From Octopus bimaculoides (taxonomy: Eukaryota), in contig NC_068987.1 in NCBI RefSeq assembly GCF_001194135.2, positions 37,894,128-37,944,578 of the forward strand: a DNA stretch of 50,451 nucleotides. The letters run 5' to 3'. The first letter of the stretch is position 1, and each line of letters starts with the position of its first letter. The notes beneath the pieces were generated by a model. That model saw only the letters and a program-made list of their open reading frames with translations, did not search any database and had not been told where the DNA came from. The translations under genes and the position numbers were made by a program. Positions 11,872-23,145 of the stretch are shown here, piece after piece.

Positions 11872-12489
11872 ATTCCTAAAGAAAATACCAAAAATCATTC
11901 AAGGAATAAACATAAACATGAGAAATAAAAATATATATAAAGAGACAAAACCTTAAACTAATCCTTACATTAACGGTATTAATATAATTATTAAGAGTTA
12001 CAATCTAAAAATATTGAAAAAGAGTATTATAGTGTACAAGGTTGACATACATTATGTAAAAAAAACATAGTAAAAAAATGTGTTACTGTATAAAGTTAGT
12101 AAAAGACGTATGTCAATACTGTTTAGAAAATTAAAGTTAGAAAACATGACTTATCTGCCGGCGAGTAACTGTAGATTAAACCAAAATGAGTGTACTATAG
12201 AATTTATACTAAAAGGTCACGTGATAAATATGGCGTTTATCACCCAGAGGTAAATGCGCATTTTAATTACTAAAATAATAACGAAAATATCGAAAAAGAA
12301 AATCTACCTAAAATAAAAAGTTTCTTGAGGATTAAAAATACTAAAATACTTAAAACTCTCAGATTTACGCAGAATAATAACTATACCACATACGAAAATT
12401 ATATATTACGTAAATAATGCTATGAAACATTGTAAAAGATCGCTCATATTATCGTTAAATACTTATAGTCAAAGGTTAAATCATTATGG

Positions 12490-13040
12490 AAGAAGTAAAT
12501 AATAGTAAAAAAATGTGTTAGTGTATTAAGGCCTTATTAAGTACAATTTCATTAATAGATGAATAATAATCCTCTATGTTTATTTGGATAAATTTGTAAC
12601 TACTACTGTCTTTAATATCTTTAAACCATTATTATTATTTGTGCTAGTCCAGAGTTTCAGGTAATTTAGATTATTTAGTTTATTAATATATTTGTCTAAA
12701 ATTAACTTACTTAATTTCCCTAAATCCGATTTACTGGGACATATTAGTCTGACTTTAGGGTCAGAGTAGAAATTGTCTTTATGATCCTTTAAAGTTATCC
12801 TAGGGTGCATCGGTACATATGGTTCCGTGTTATTGTCTATCTCATATTTTTCCATGATTACCCTAGCGGCTTTATTAATATTATAAATGGTATCTTCCGG
12901 GACAATTTAATATTTTTTATTTATTTCCTTTTCTAAAAGTTTATCATATAATTTTGTATCTAACTTATACAGGTTGCCAGTTTTATCAGATTGTACGACT
13001 ATTCCTACGACATTATGCATTTCTTTTATTTTAATTCAGA
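12490..13040 (-). mobile_element. Penelope-like element RT N-terminal remnant
   Basis: Minus translation IVVQSDKTGNLYKLD..LYDKLL...RITLKDHKDNFYSDPKVRLICPSKSDLGKLSKLILDK...FKDIKDSSSYKFIQINIEDYYSSINE (PLE ADKT, TLKDHK, RLINPAKSE, FDI..FYPSI motifs). Confidence 0.9.
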
Positions 13041-13265
13041 ATCATCTAAAGCCCGAGATAGGTAGTACTATAAACAAAAAACTTCATAGTAATAATAAGA
13101 AGAAGAAGAAAATATGGCTAATAATTCCCTATGGGACACAGGTAAAAACTAACATTATTAAAAAGATTTTAAATATAATTAAGATATTTATTAAAGACAA
13201 CAAGAAATATAAGGACACATTTTCTAGCAATAAATTTGGAGTTGGTTACTCTACCACTAATTCTT
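13040..13265 (+). mobile_element. Penelope-like element RT-EN linker remnant
   Basis: KKKIWLIIPYGTQVKTNIIKKILNII...FSSNKFGVGYSTTN matches PLE IIWFNPPYS..VKTNIGK.FL...FNRN..KISYS.M.N. Confidence 0.75.
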
Positions 13266-13269
13266 ACGG

Positions 13270-14085
13270 TGTAATGTCTTTGGCACTATGCATTGGCGCC
13301 CGGTTCTCGTATTTGTGTAACTCTCGATGCCAATTTGTGTAACTCTCAAGATCTTCCAGATGTATATTATGTCATATCTTCCTTGCCTGCGCTCTAAGAA
13401 ATAGAGTCTTAATCTCTTGAGTCTTTCCTAATAGCTTATATGCTGTATAGAGGCTATCTTCTTCGTGTAGCTTCGTTGGATTGCCTCAAGTTCTGAGATT
13501 AAATTGACACTGGTTGGTGACCATAGCTGAGAGCAAAGCTGCGACCATAGCTGAGTCAAAGTGTCTTAGGACAAGTGTCCTCCAGAGGCCCATCATGATT
13601 TCCTGATATCTAGTTCTGAAAGTTCTAAGAATCCATCCGGTCAGCCACCTGCATTTCATTGCCAATTTAGAAACATGCACATGAAAAGATGCATCTTTAC
13701 AAATGTAAATGCCCAAGTCTCGCACTGACTGTGCCTCTGGGATTGCAATCCCTCCAGGTCCAGTGTATTTAATGGGTATTGCATTTAGTTTTGCATGCTG
13801 ATAACACAAGGCTTGAAACTTTTCAGCATTAAACTGCATGCTATTCTTTTCAGCCCACTTNNNNNNNNNNTTTAATGGGTATTGCATTTAGTTTTGCATG
13901 CTGATAACACAAGGCTTGAAACTTTTCAGCATTAAACTGCATGCTATTCTTTTCAGCCCACTTGTATATTTCATCCAGTTCACATTGCAGGTGCATAGTG
14001 TCTTCAGGGTTCTGCATCACCTGTGAGACTTTTGTATCATCTGTATAACTTATGATCGTGGCTCTCTATGTTACAGTTTCGAAAC
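13270..14085 (-). mobile_element. CR1-clade LINE RT C-terminal half
   Basis: Minus translation SYTDDTKV (YADD motif, ~14030-14055), KWAEKNSMQFNAEKFQ, VRDLGIYI, ELEAIQRSYTKKI..ISYWERLKRLRLY..ERRQG.YDIIY. Confidence 0.9.
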
Positions 14086-14507
14086 AAATGCTGAACAAAG
14101 TGAATAAAAAGGAAAGGGCTGTTTTTGAACTGAGTAAATACTGAGTAACGCAGTAAAAAGGTTGTGCCACGTTGATACTCACAGTAATGAAGAATACAAG
14201 GACTGTTAAAAAACATTTTCTTGAAACTGGTTAGAAGGTGTCAAATAATATTTCTGTAATTATATTGAAGAGCGGCTGAGGTTTTCTACTTCACCAAGTT
14301 TCCGAATATGTTACAATAACCAGTTATATATATATTTTTTTTTTCAGATATATTTGCGAGTATTGTGAGCGGTGTGAAATTAAGCAAATCTTCATGTTCG
14401 TAGTACTTGAANNNNNNNNNNNNNNNNNNNNNNNNNNNNNNNNNNNNNNNNNNNNNNNNNNNNNNNNNNNNNNNNNNNNNNNNNNNNNNNNNNNNNNNNN
14501 NNNNNNN

Positions 14508-14834
14508 CTAACAGACACAAACAGCGTCACACACATACTTGTCAGTCATCGCCCTAACGTAGGTAACGAACGTGCGAACACACGCATATATAAAATGTGA
14601 CGTTATCGTCATTGTGAAGGTGATATCAAATGTCGATAGGTGACTAAAAGAAAAAGTAATAATGTTAAATTTTTGTAATGCAAATATGTGAATGAAAATA
14701 TAGTTTAGTTGGTAGCCAAAAGCTTACTGAATCTTTTAATACCCCTCGGTTTTGGAATGCATAATGAACATACGCACACACACACGAACGCACACACACA
14801 CACACACACACACACTGTCTTTTATAGCTATAGA
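14508..14834 (-). mobile_element. possible Helitron 5' end fragment
   Basis: Minus sense A^TCTATAGCTATAAAAAGACAG(TG)n resembles the 5' end at 37193 (A^TCTATATCTATAAAGGCAGG.TGTG); no 3' CTAG end is visible and it may lie in gap 14412-14507. Confidence 0.4.
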
Positions 14835-14899
14835 TTACACAAAGAATGCAGATGGTAGAATGAGTCGAGCACCTGATAAATCATAATGTTGTTTTCCGA

Positions 14900-15120
14900 G
14901 GGCGGTGACCTGGCAGAATCGTCGAAATGCTTAGCGGTATTTCGTCTGCTGTTACGTTCTGAGTTCAAATTCCGCCGATGCCAACTTTGCCTTTCATCCT
15001 TTCAGGTTTAATTAAATAAGTACTAGTTACGCACTGGGGTCGATGTAATCGACTTAAACCATTTGTCTATTCTTGTTTGTCCCTCTATGTTTAGCCCGCT
15101 GTGGGCAATAAAGAAATAAA
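14900..15120 (+). mobile_element. tRNA-derived SINE family B
   Basis: GGCGGTGACCTGGCAGAATCG (A box) ... GAGTTCAAATTCC (B box) ... GCCTTTCATCCTTTC...TAAGTACT...CTGGGGTCGAT...A-rich tail; a degenerate fragment lies at ~1470-1560. Confidence 0.8.
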
Positions 15121-15247
15121 TGTTCTTTTCCGGTATCAGTTCAAATTCTGCCGTGATCAACTTTATCCTCCACACAAATATTTGGCTTTCGCCTCCTATC
15201 TTAGATATTATGAGTATTATTGTTCTTTGAAGTTATTGTGTGTTTCT

Positions 15248-15375
15248 CTTATTATTATTATTATTACCGTTATTATTGTTATTGCAGTTGTTGTAGTTAT
15301 TGTCATATCATTGCTGGTGTTGTTGATATTGTTACTGATGTTATGGTTGTTCTTGTTCTTGTTATATTATATAAC
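15248..15375. repeat. degenerate (TTA/TTG)n trinucleotide tract
   Basis: Direct reading. Confidence 0.85.
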
Positions 15376-16176
15376 AGTAAACGAACAGCATCTTATTATC
15401 TCACCATACAATTTCAACTCATTGTTTATTTATTGTTTTATTTTATTAATTTGTCTTGTTGCCTTTTAGTTAATTTAGTTTCTTTCTTCTCATTTTCTTT
15501 CTTTGATACTGAAGAGAAAATATCCAATGGTGAACGCTAAATTAAGCCTGAGAAATGGCAAATATTTGCTTGATTTCTTCTCTTCTTTTTTCCTCGCTTA
15601 TCAAATAAACCAACAGGAGTGTCGTATTTCTTTAGAAATATGTTGCGTTTCCATGAACCTCATTACGAAATGAATTAAAGAAAGAGTACATTTTGGCTAA
15701 TTAGGCATATTCTTTAGATGGTGTAAGCTGAAGATATAGATGTCAAATATATACAAGCACGGAGTGGAGAAAGCTAAATATATTTATAAACGTAAAGTGA
15801 GTCTGCAAGAGCTACAAATGTTGATTGCATATACATCATAGAGGCTGGTTGGTTGACTCTGGTTGTATGTAATGTGTCAGTTAGACTAACGTGCTAGTTC
15901 ACCCTGGTTGTATGTAATGTGTCAGTTAATGAAATTATGATCTACATAGACTCAAGATGTACGCGTTTACTGATTCAAATTAAAATCGACAAGATTTGTC
16001 TACGTAACCAAAATTCGGTATGACCTTTCAGTTGACTGTTACAATTCACCAGTTAGAAATTAGAGCTATGTCGAAATTTTGATATAATCTATTTAGTATA
16101 ACAAGTTACTGAGCTTAGATGTGGCTGCTGTTGCTATTGTTGTTTAATCCGGGTCAATTCTGATCGGGTAGATCTA

Positions 16177-17439
16177 CGAGAGTCGGCTGAAAAGTTCATT
16201 AGCTGACTAAGAGAGTCTCATGGAATGTGACCAAATGAAGTTTATTTTTCAACATATAATCCTTTGCGATCCACACACTTCTTCCATCGGTGTTGCAGTG
16301 CTTGGGTCACATTGGTGAAGAAACTTTCATCCTGTTGGTAAAAAAATTCATCAACAGCAGTTATGAGGTGATCATCATTGCGATACTGGTTCCCAGTCAA
16401 GTGGGTTTTTTTACGTGTTGGGGAACAGATGATAGTCAGATAGGGCCAAATCAGGAGAATGGTGTGAGGGGGAGGTGATTAACCAGTTCAAAGCCACAGT
16501 CACGAAGGACTTGTATGTTGGAGCATTGTCCTGATGAAACACGAGCTCTTTCATCAATTTTCCTGAGGGTTTGGGCTTGATAATATTTCATAACTGCCCT
16601 AGCAAGTTAGCATGCTACTCTCCATCGATGGTGTGACCAATTTGAATATAGTCAATAAACACAATGCCTTTTGCATCCCATAAAACTGAGGCCATCACCT
16701 ACCTTGCAAATGGAACGAACTTGACCTTCTTTGGAGCAGGTGAGGAGGATGTTTCCATTGTATGGATTGTCTCTGTTTCTGGTTCAAAGTGATGAAGCCA
16801 GAAACACTCATCCAGGCTTACGAAATGTCCAATAAAACCAGATGGATATGCCTCAGACAATGTCTGATTTTCCCACAATGTAAGCAACCTGATCAAAAGA
16901 TCAGGTGTCAAAAGACGTGGCTCCCACCGAGCAGAAACCTTCGTCATACCAAGTTCATTGGGCAGAATATTCTCCACTCTCTCTCGAGTTATACTAACAG
17001 CATTAGCTACTTAGTTTATAATCAATATCCTGTCAACTATCTCCATGTGGGGAACACGATCAATGTTAACCTTGGTAGTGGCAGCTGAAGAATGTCATCA
17101 TCAAGACTCTCCCTTCCTAAATTCAGCTGTCCACTTTTGCACTGTTGATAAAGCTGGAGTGTCATCCCCTAACGCAGCGACTATTTCAGCATGAAAGTCA
17201 TTGGTCTAAGCCATTTTCTGCAGATATTTTATAACACCACAATGTCGAATGTTGTCGATTTTCAAAAGAAGTCGATACAAGTTGCTTTTGAAGTTTTCTT
17301 TGAACAGTCAAATGTCAGTTTATCTGGAAATAAATAATGCAGTTATTAATAAGAAAGGTTGAAATTAATGCATGCTAGATTTCACAGCTCTAGCATCACT
17401 CCTTCATAGTCAGCCTATGAACTTTTCAGCCTACCCTCG
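16177..17439 (-). mobile_element. near full-length defective mariner (DD34D) transposon, 1263 bp
   Basis: 31-bp TIRs CGAG(A/G)GT(C/A)GGCTGAAAAGTTCAT..GCTGAC at 16177-16207 and 17409-17439; TA on the left, TG on the right. Translation shows LGDDTPALSTVQKW.AEF, KVSARWEPRLLT, LDEC.W, FHQDNAP and SPDLALSDYHLF; several stops and frameshifts. Confidence 0.93.
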
Positions 17440-17879
17440 TGTGATGAAAGTTGTTTTTTTCTCTTTCTGTATATCTGGGTGTATATTATGCAAGAGTTGT
17501 TACTTTTTTTAAAGACAAAAGTGTGTTTGAACAGAAATGCATCAGTAGATCTGTTGGCACGTTAAGATGTGATATGCTGCAGCTGTTATTATGGCACAGG
17601 GTGTTCGACTGTTAACTCTTCACTATCAAAATAGTTCTCACAGTTTAAGACATTTTTCAATAAAATCCAAAACGGATAAAACAATTTTCATAAATCTCTG
17701 GAATCTCCTTTTTTCCCTCATTTCTTATGTTGGACACGAGATCAGCAAGCAACCTTTCAAGTCGACACAAAAATGTAACTCTTCCTTATTTTTTCAGCTA
17801 CGTAACGAGGATGATCTAACACCTTTGCTTTGAAATATACTATTAAAACAGACATACACACACACACACAACATGCGTT

Positions 17880-17915
<36 letters not shown>

Positions 17916-18229
17916 NNNNNNNNNNNNNNNNNNNNNNNNNNNNNNNNNNNNNNNNNNNNNNNNNNNNNNNNNNNNNNNNNNNNNNNNNNNNNNNNNNNNN
18001 NNNNNNNNNNNNNNNNNNNNNNNNNNNNNNNNNNNNNNNNNNNNNNNNNNNNNNNNNNNNNNNNNNNNCAGAGAGAGAAAGTGAGTGAACGATTATGTTG
18101 TGAACACAATTGTACTTCTCACATTTAAGTACTACAGTTTATAAATATTTATATGCAAACATGCCTATAGCTGCAACACGCGAGTGATTATTACTTGGTA
18201 GTAATCACCATGTTTTCTTTGTTTTAGGT

Positions 18230-18455
18230 GGCTGTGAAGTCACCAGTGGATATATGCACACTCCCGTCCGTCCCACCATTGACCCAGTATTCAAAATGTG
18301 AAAGCTGGAGGGTGAGAGGGCTACATATACACAGGAACAACTTGAAATATACCCTGCTGAAGAACACAATGCGCTGCACATTCCAGAAATCGAAACTATC
18401 ACCCTATGATCGTAAGGCCAGTATTTGCACTACAAGGTCACGTACCTTCACACGC
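18230..18455 (-). mobile_element. SINE family C, degenerate copy
   Basis: AAGAACACAATGC...AATCGAAAC.A...C.TA.GATC...AAG..ACG aligns with 3741-3830. Confidence 0.7.
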
Positions 18456-18589
18456 AGTCATGTGTTTGTGTGCTTTTGAGTGAGTGTGTGTATGCGCGCA
18501 CGCAGACATTTTTTTTATAAAACTAAAAAGATTGACGATAAGAATAAAAACTTTCATTTACTGTTGAGTGGGCTGTCATTTGGTTGGAG

Positions 18590-19340
18590 GTAGGTACATG
18601 GTTTGAAGAAGAATTATCAAGTTTGATACGCTTTGTGTTGGGGAAATTTTTTGTAAGTTTCGTGGTTGTTGACGAAGAAACATGTAGTGAATACATATTG
18701 AGAATTTGCGGCACTTATGTGGAAGCTTTCCTAAAGCAAGTTTTGAAAACATTTTTGGGGACAATTTAGCTACAGTTATGGAAATTTATTGGCGATGCAA
18801 TGGTTTGAATCAATTGATATGCCGCATTTTGTAGTGATGAAAAACTTATGTGAATGTATAAGCTCATATCTAAAAGTTTGCGAAGAGTGAAGTCACAAAG
18901 GATTAGAAGGCCATAATCCCCCTTGAGGTTTCCAAGAACATATGAAAGTTTGCAATGTAGGCAGTTCAATATAAATGAACCTACGATGTTACCAGTCTGG
19001 GTTGAAGTTTTCATTCTTTTACTATCCATGTCGATTTTCAACTAATAAAAGAGAATTCTTTGAGTGTAAATTATTGTCAATGTCAAAACATGTGATGGCT
19101 ATACTGCATTTTACAAAAGTGAGTGCATACGAAGTAGTAATCGTTGATATTGAATTTGGTGGAGTTACATTCTACTTTGGCTGATATTGATTCGAGCCAA
19201 TTGATCATAGAATTAGTATTATTCGAAGGGGGTGAACAGGAAGCTAACTTTGTAAATGATTTTGTCTACAATTTAATAATTCTAAAGTCTTGTTTGGTGG
19301 GTCCAGTACAGAGGCAGCTTACAAAAATTATAATTTAACC
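18590..19340 (-). mobile_element. highly degenerate Penelope-like RT
   Basis: Minus translation fragments GPTKQDFRIIKL, NTNSMINWLESISAKVECNSTKFNINDYY, DIDNNLHSKNSLL, LGNLKGDYGL and LTKNFPNTKRIKLDNSSSN appear in PLE RT order. Confidence 0.7.
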
Positions 19341-19959
19341 CTTGATTATAAGATATGGATATGGTAGCGCTGAATTTTTTATTCTATCATTTATATTTAT
19401 ATAAATGATAGAATATATTTATATCAATGTATTTTAAATTTTGAAGTTTACCTGTCTGTGTCGGTAATAATGTTAGAAGATAGATTTGTTGGTTACAGAA
19501 CTATACAGAATATTATTGTTTGCTCCGAAACAACTTAAACTTAAATTTCTAGAACACCTGCCGGTATTCCCATTTCAACTTAAGTACATCTATTTTTTCT
19601 GGTATTTCTTATCAATTTACATGTTTAACTTTGCTACAGCATAAATAGTTGAATAATTATCATAGCTGGGCATTCTAACCTCTGACATGCAAGAGAGTTA
19701 AAGCAATTGAAATAGGTTCGGGTGTATTGTCAAATCCCAACACCGCGTTTCTCAAACTCCAAACTCCCATATTAGTAACCTACATATCAAGATTCTAACA
19801 TTTAAAAGTTCTCAATTTCATAATTAACAGATTCCGAAACATACCGAAAGTTTTCCCCACTGAGACTTTTGAAAATTATCTCGAAACGTTTTTTTTATCT
19901 AAAATATCAAATCAGACATCTACAATAGACTACAATTTAAACTGTCAATTTTGAGTTTT

Positions 19960-20640
19960 TGTAGACCTAGTTCAGGAAAATCCAAAGCAAACTGTAGGAG
20001 AATTAGCAAATCAGTTCAATTCATTTCATACTTCGATCATAAAATATCTTCATAAACTAGTTAAAGTGTCTACATTTTGTCGGTGAGTCCTTCATCATAT
20101 GATTGCTTCTCTACTTAATCAAAATGTTGCCCTCTGAAGAGCAGAGTTGCTACCAAACCATTCCTGGGTTGAAATATCAAAAGTGACGAAAGGTGGATTC
20201 TCATCCAACGAAAATTATAATGGTTAACACCCAATAAGAAAGGAGAATCCATCCCCAAACCAGGACTAGCAGCCGAAAAGAAAGTCACTCCTGTGTTTGG
20301 TGGGATATGAAACGTTTCAACTATCATGAAGTGTTAAACCAAAAGAAATAGTTAATGCGAAAAGTTATCGTCAAATAGAAGCCTTGCACAGAAATGTGCA
20401 AAAAAGCGCCCATCATTTGTCAAGCGTCAAGGGCGTTGCTGTAATAAAATAATGCATGAATACATATTGCCCAAGTCAACCGGGAAAAGATTAGGCTCTA
20501 AATATTGAAGTTTTTCTCATTCGCCTTACTCTCCTGACCTTGCTCCATCGGACTACCATTGAAACATTATTTAGAGGGAAAACAGGTGCTTCGAAACCTA
20601 CAGAATTATACGCCCGAGGGATCAAAATATATGACTAATT
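19960..20640 (+). mobile_element. mariner transposase remnant (second family)
   Basis: VQENPKQTVGELANQF, KSDERWIL, VFGG/CVWWD-like and HSPYSPDLAPSDYH motifs with many stops; TIRs not recognised. Confidence 0.85.
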
Positions 20641-20715
20641 ATGTCAATTAAAACAAAAGAAGCATTTGTTTCCTATTATGAAATGTTGCAGGACTTTCTT
20701 TCCAGCTTAACATGT

Positions 20716-20731
20716 ATGTGTGCGCATGTGC

Positions 20732-20766
<35 letters not shown>

Positions 20767-20769
20767 TAT

Positions 20770-20820
<51 letters not shown>

Positions 20821-20880
20821 TGTAGGTATGTAACTACATACGTGTGTGTATGCATGTATTATATATATATATATATATAT
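20716..20880. repeat. compound (TG)/(TA)/(TATC) microsatellite
   Basis: Direct reading. Confidence 0.9.
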
Positions 20881-21249
20881 AAACAAACGACATAACGTGC
20901 AGTGAGTGCAAAAACGAACGGGTGACAAGCAGAAGGTCCGTAATTCTTCATCAGTTATAGTCCAATTAGTAATATTCAGTTTCAAACCTTTAACTGTAAG
21001 AGTGACTGTTTTCCAATTGGCGGTACCCGCAAAAAGAGTTTTCTTGCGGAGAATTAGGGACGTGAGTAAACAAAACAAAACAAAACAGAATGTGATTTAA
21101 GACGGTGGTCAAGGCTGAACAGCCGAACAAAATACGACCTTGGGGCCAAAGAAACGAGAACAGTGGGTAACGCTTAGAAAATGTCTTGAAGGATGCAGAA
21201 CGGAGAGAGAGAATTTGCTACTGGTCAGTTACGGGCCCAGTGTAAGAAA

Positions 21250-21512
21250 GGAAGGAAAAGAGGAACTGGCCACGGATCACGTGACAGCAGCAGGTAGAAG
21301 AGAAAGACAGCAAGAGAGACAGAGACAGAGAACAAATGCAAAAAGGGACGAAGGGAAAGTAGAAAGGCTAGGAATACAAGTGGGAGAGAGAGAAAATGAG
21401 TAAGTAGAAAGGCTAGAATAGAAATGAGAGGGACTCTCTTTCTTGCCTTCATCCTTTCCCCTTTTCTTTCTCTCACCCTCTCACTTCTATTTTAGCCTTT
21501 CTACTTACTCCT

Positions 21513-21553
<41 letters not shown>

Positions 21554-21664
21554 TTCTACTTTCCCTTCGTCCCTTTCCTTTTTTCTCTGTCCTCTCTCTT
21601 GCTGTCTTCCTCCACTGCCTGCTGCTGCTGTCACGTGACCTGTGGCCAATTCCCCATTTCCTTC
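21250..21664. repeat. long imperfect inverted repeat, arms ~185 bp, spacer ~43 bp
   Basis: Left arm GGAACTGGCCACGGATCACGTGACAGCAGC...AAAGGGACGAAGGGAAAGTAGAA...GAGTAAGTAGAAAGGCTAGAATAGAAATGAGAGGG matches the reverse complement of 21476-21664. Confidence 0.9.
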
Positions 21665-21973
21665 TCTGTTCGAGATACAAGTAGTATAAGAACAAAAAGT
21701 ATTGTTTCTGGCCACTTCAATGTGGCTGTCCTCTAAGAGACAACAATATTGCCATTTAACCCCAAGAAGACATTTCCTCCAGCTGGTTTATTCAGTGCTC
21801 TTCTTGCACTCGATATTTATTGCAAGTGAAGCTAACTCCTGCCACCCTAGCTCTGAGACTACCAGACTACGTGGTTTCGATATGTATCGGATCTCCTCGT
21901 TGTTGAGTACTCGTTCGCCAGGCATGGCATCAGTTTTACCTTGTTTGCAATATATAGAAAATATATATACATA

Positions 21974-22330
21974 GGCGTAGGAGTGACTGTGTGGTAAGTA
22001 GCTTGCTTACCAATCGCATGGTTTCGAGTTCAGTCCCACTGCGTGGCACCTTGGGCAAGTATCTTCTACTATAGCCTCGGGCCGACCAAAGCCTTGTGAG
22101 TGGATTTGGTAGACAGAGACTGAAAGAAGCCCGTCGTATATATGTATGTATGNNNNNNNNNNTGATGTGTTTACGTCCCCGTAACTTAGCGGTTTGGCAA
22201 AAGTGACCGATAGAATAAGTACTAGGCTTACAAAGAATAAGTCCTGGGGTCGATTTTCTCGACTAAAGGCGGTGCTCCAGCATGGCCGCAGTCAAATGAC
22301 TGAAACAAGTAAAAGAGTAAAAGAGTAAAT
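21974..22330 (+). mobile_element. SINE family A, full bipartite copy (tRNA-like 5' half, internal microsatellite/gap, 3' half with GTAAAAGA tail)
   Basis: 5' half matches 139-297; 3' half (ACGTCCCCGTAACTTAGCGG...GACTAAAGGCGGTGCTCCAGCATGGCC...GACTGAAACAAGTAAAAGA) matches 25785-25978 and 40170-40360. Confidence 0.9.
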
Positions 22331-22780
22331 ATGTATATATATAAATATGTGTATTTTTTCATTGTCTACAAATAACAAGGAAAAAATAATAAATAGTTAT
22401 CAAGGCAGCAAAAATTCACATAAGTGCCAAGGATATTACAGCCTACTTATAAAGGTAGAAATTCCAGAGTCAAGTGAAATGTTTTCGTATGACATGGATA
22501 AATTAAGAAAAGGAGTCAAACACAGGTGTTATTCAAATCATTTATACTTCCAACATATGTTTCGAAAAAAAGCATTGAGATTATTCGGGAGGGAATAATT
22601 TATGGTTTAATTCGTTCCAAGTGATCGACTGGTTTAATTCTATTAATAAGAGTTGCACTAAGTTTATCCAGTTCGACATTTCTAGTTAACCCAATTGTAC
22701 TCAACAAAGCACTCTGGTTTGCACACAACAAAGCAGATCTCACCTGGAATGAAATTAATGTGGTGTTAGCTGCTAGGAAA

Positions 22781-22814
<34 letters not shown>

Positions 22815-22844
22815 TTCAAGGTTTTTAACTTTTAAATTTGTATA

Positions 22845-22972
22845 TTTAAAAGAGATAGAAACTTCAAACTCGATATATCCAAGATCGATTTATTGTTGTT
22901 ATTCGATCTTGTTATTCGATCTTGTTATTCGATCTTGGATATATCGAGTTTGAAGTTTCTATCTCTTTTAAA
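22845..22972. repeat. perfect 44-bp inverted repeat with an internal 13-bp tandem x3
   Basis: 22845-22888 is the exact reverse complement of 22929-22972; the spacer contains (TGTTATTCGATCT)-type units. Confidence 0.95.
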
Positions 22973-23145
22973 NNNNNNNNNNNNNNNNNNNNNNNNNNNN
23001 NNNNNNNNNNNNNNNNNNNNNNNNNNNNNNNNNNNNNNNNNNNNNNNNNNNNNNNNNNNNNNNNNNNNNNNNNNNNNNNNNNNNNNNNNNNNNNNNNNNN
23101 NNNNNNNNNNNNNNNNNNNNNNNNNNNNNNNNNNNNNNNNNNNNN

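Noticed and set aside
13768-13963. Identical 93-bp direct repeat in the CR1 remnant
   Set aside because: The copies flank a 10-N gap exactly, the typical unmerged contig-overlap artefact.
14348-14411. Acceptor plus YICEYCERC, suggestive of a C2H2 finger
   Set aside because: The His spacing does not fit C2H2, and the sequence runs into a gap.
15859-15928. 25-bp direct repeat with 20-bp spacer (CRISPR-like geometry)
   Set aside because: Only two units, eukaryotic context and no cas genes; a simple local duplication.
17798-17833. Strong acceptor followed by LRNEDDLTPLL*
   Set aside because: Only 11 codons, no partner exon and no recognisable protein.
18228-18411. Apparent 184-nt exon (strong ttttctttgttttag acceptor, GTAAGG donor, open frame)
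   Set aside because: The sequence is the antisense of SINE family C (aligns with 3741-3830), so the splice-like signals are probably incidental. Exonisation cannot be excluded without RNA-seq.
20940-20960. CTGATGA on the minus strand as a hammerhead core
   Set aside because: No downstream GAAA/stem III or stem I partner.
21860-21945. GAAAC-CAC-GTA-gtc on the minus strand as a hammerhead half
   Set aside because: No CUGANGA with a matching stem I upstream.
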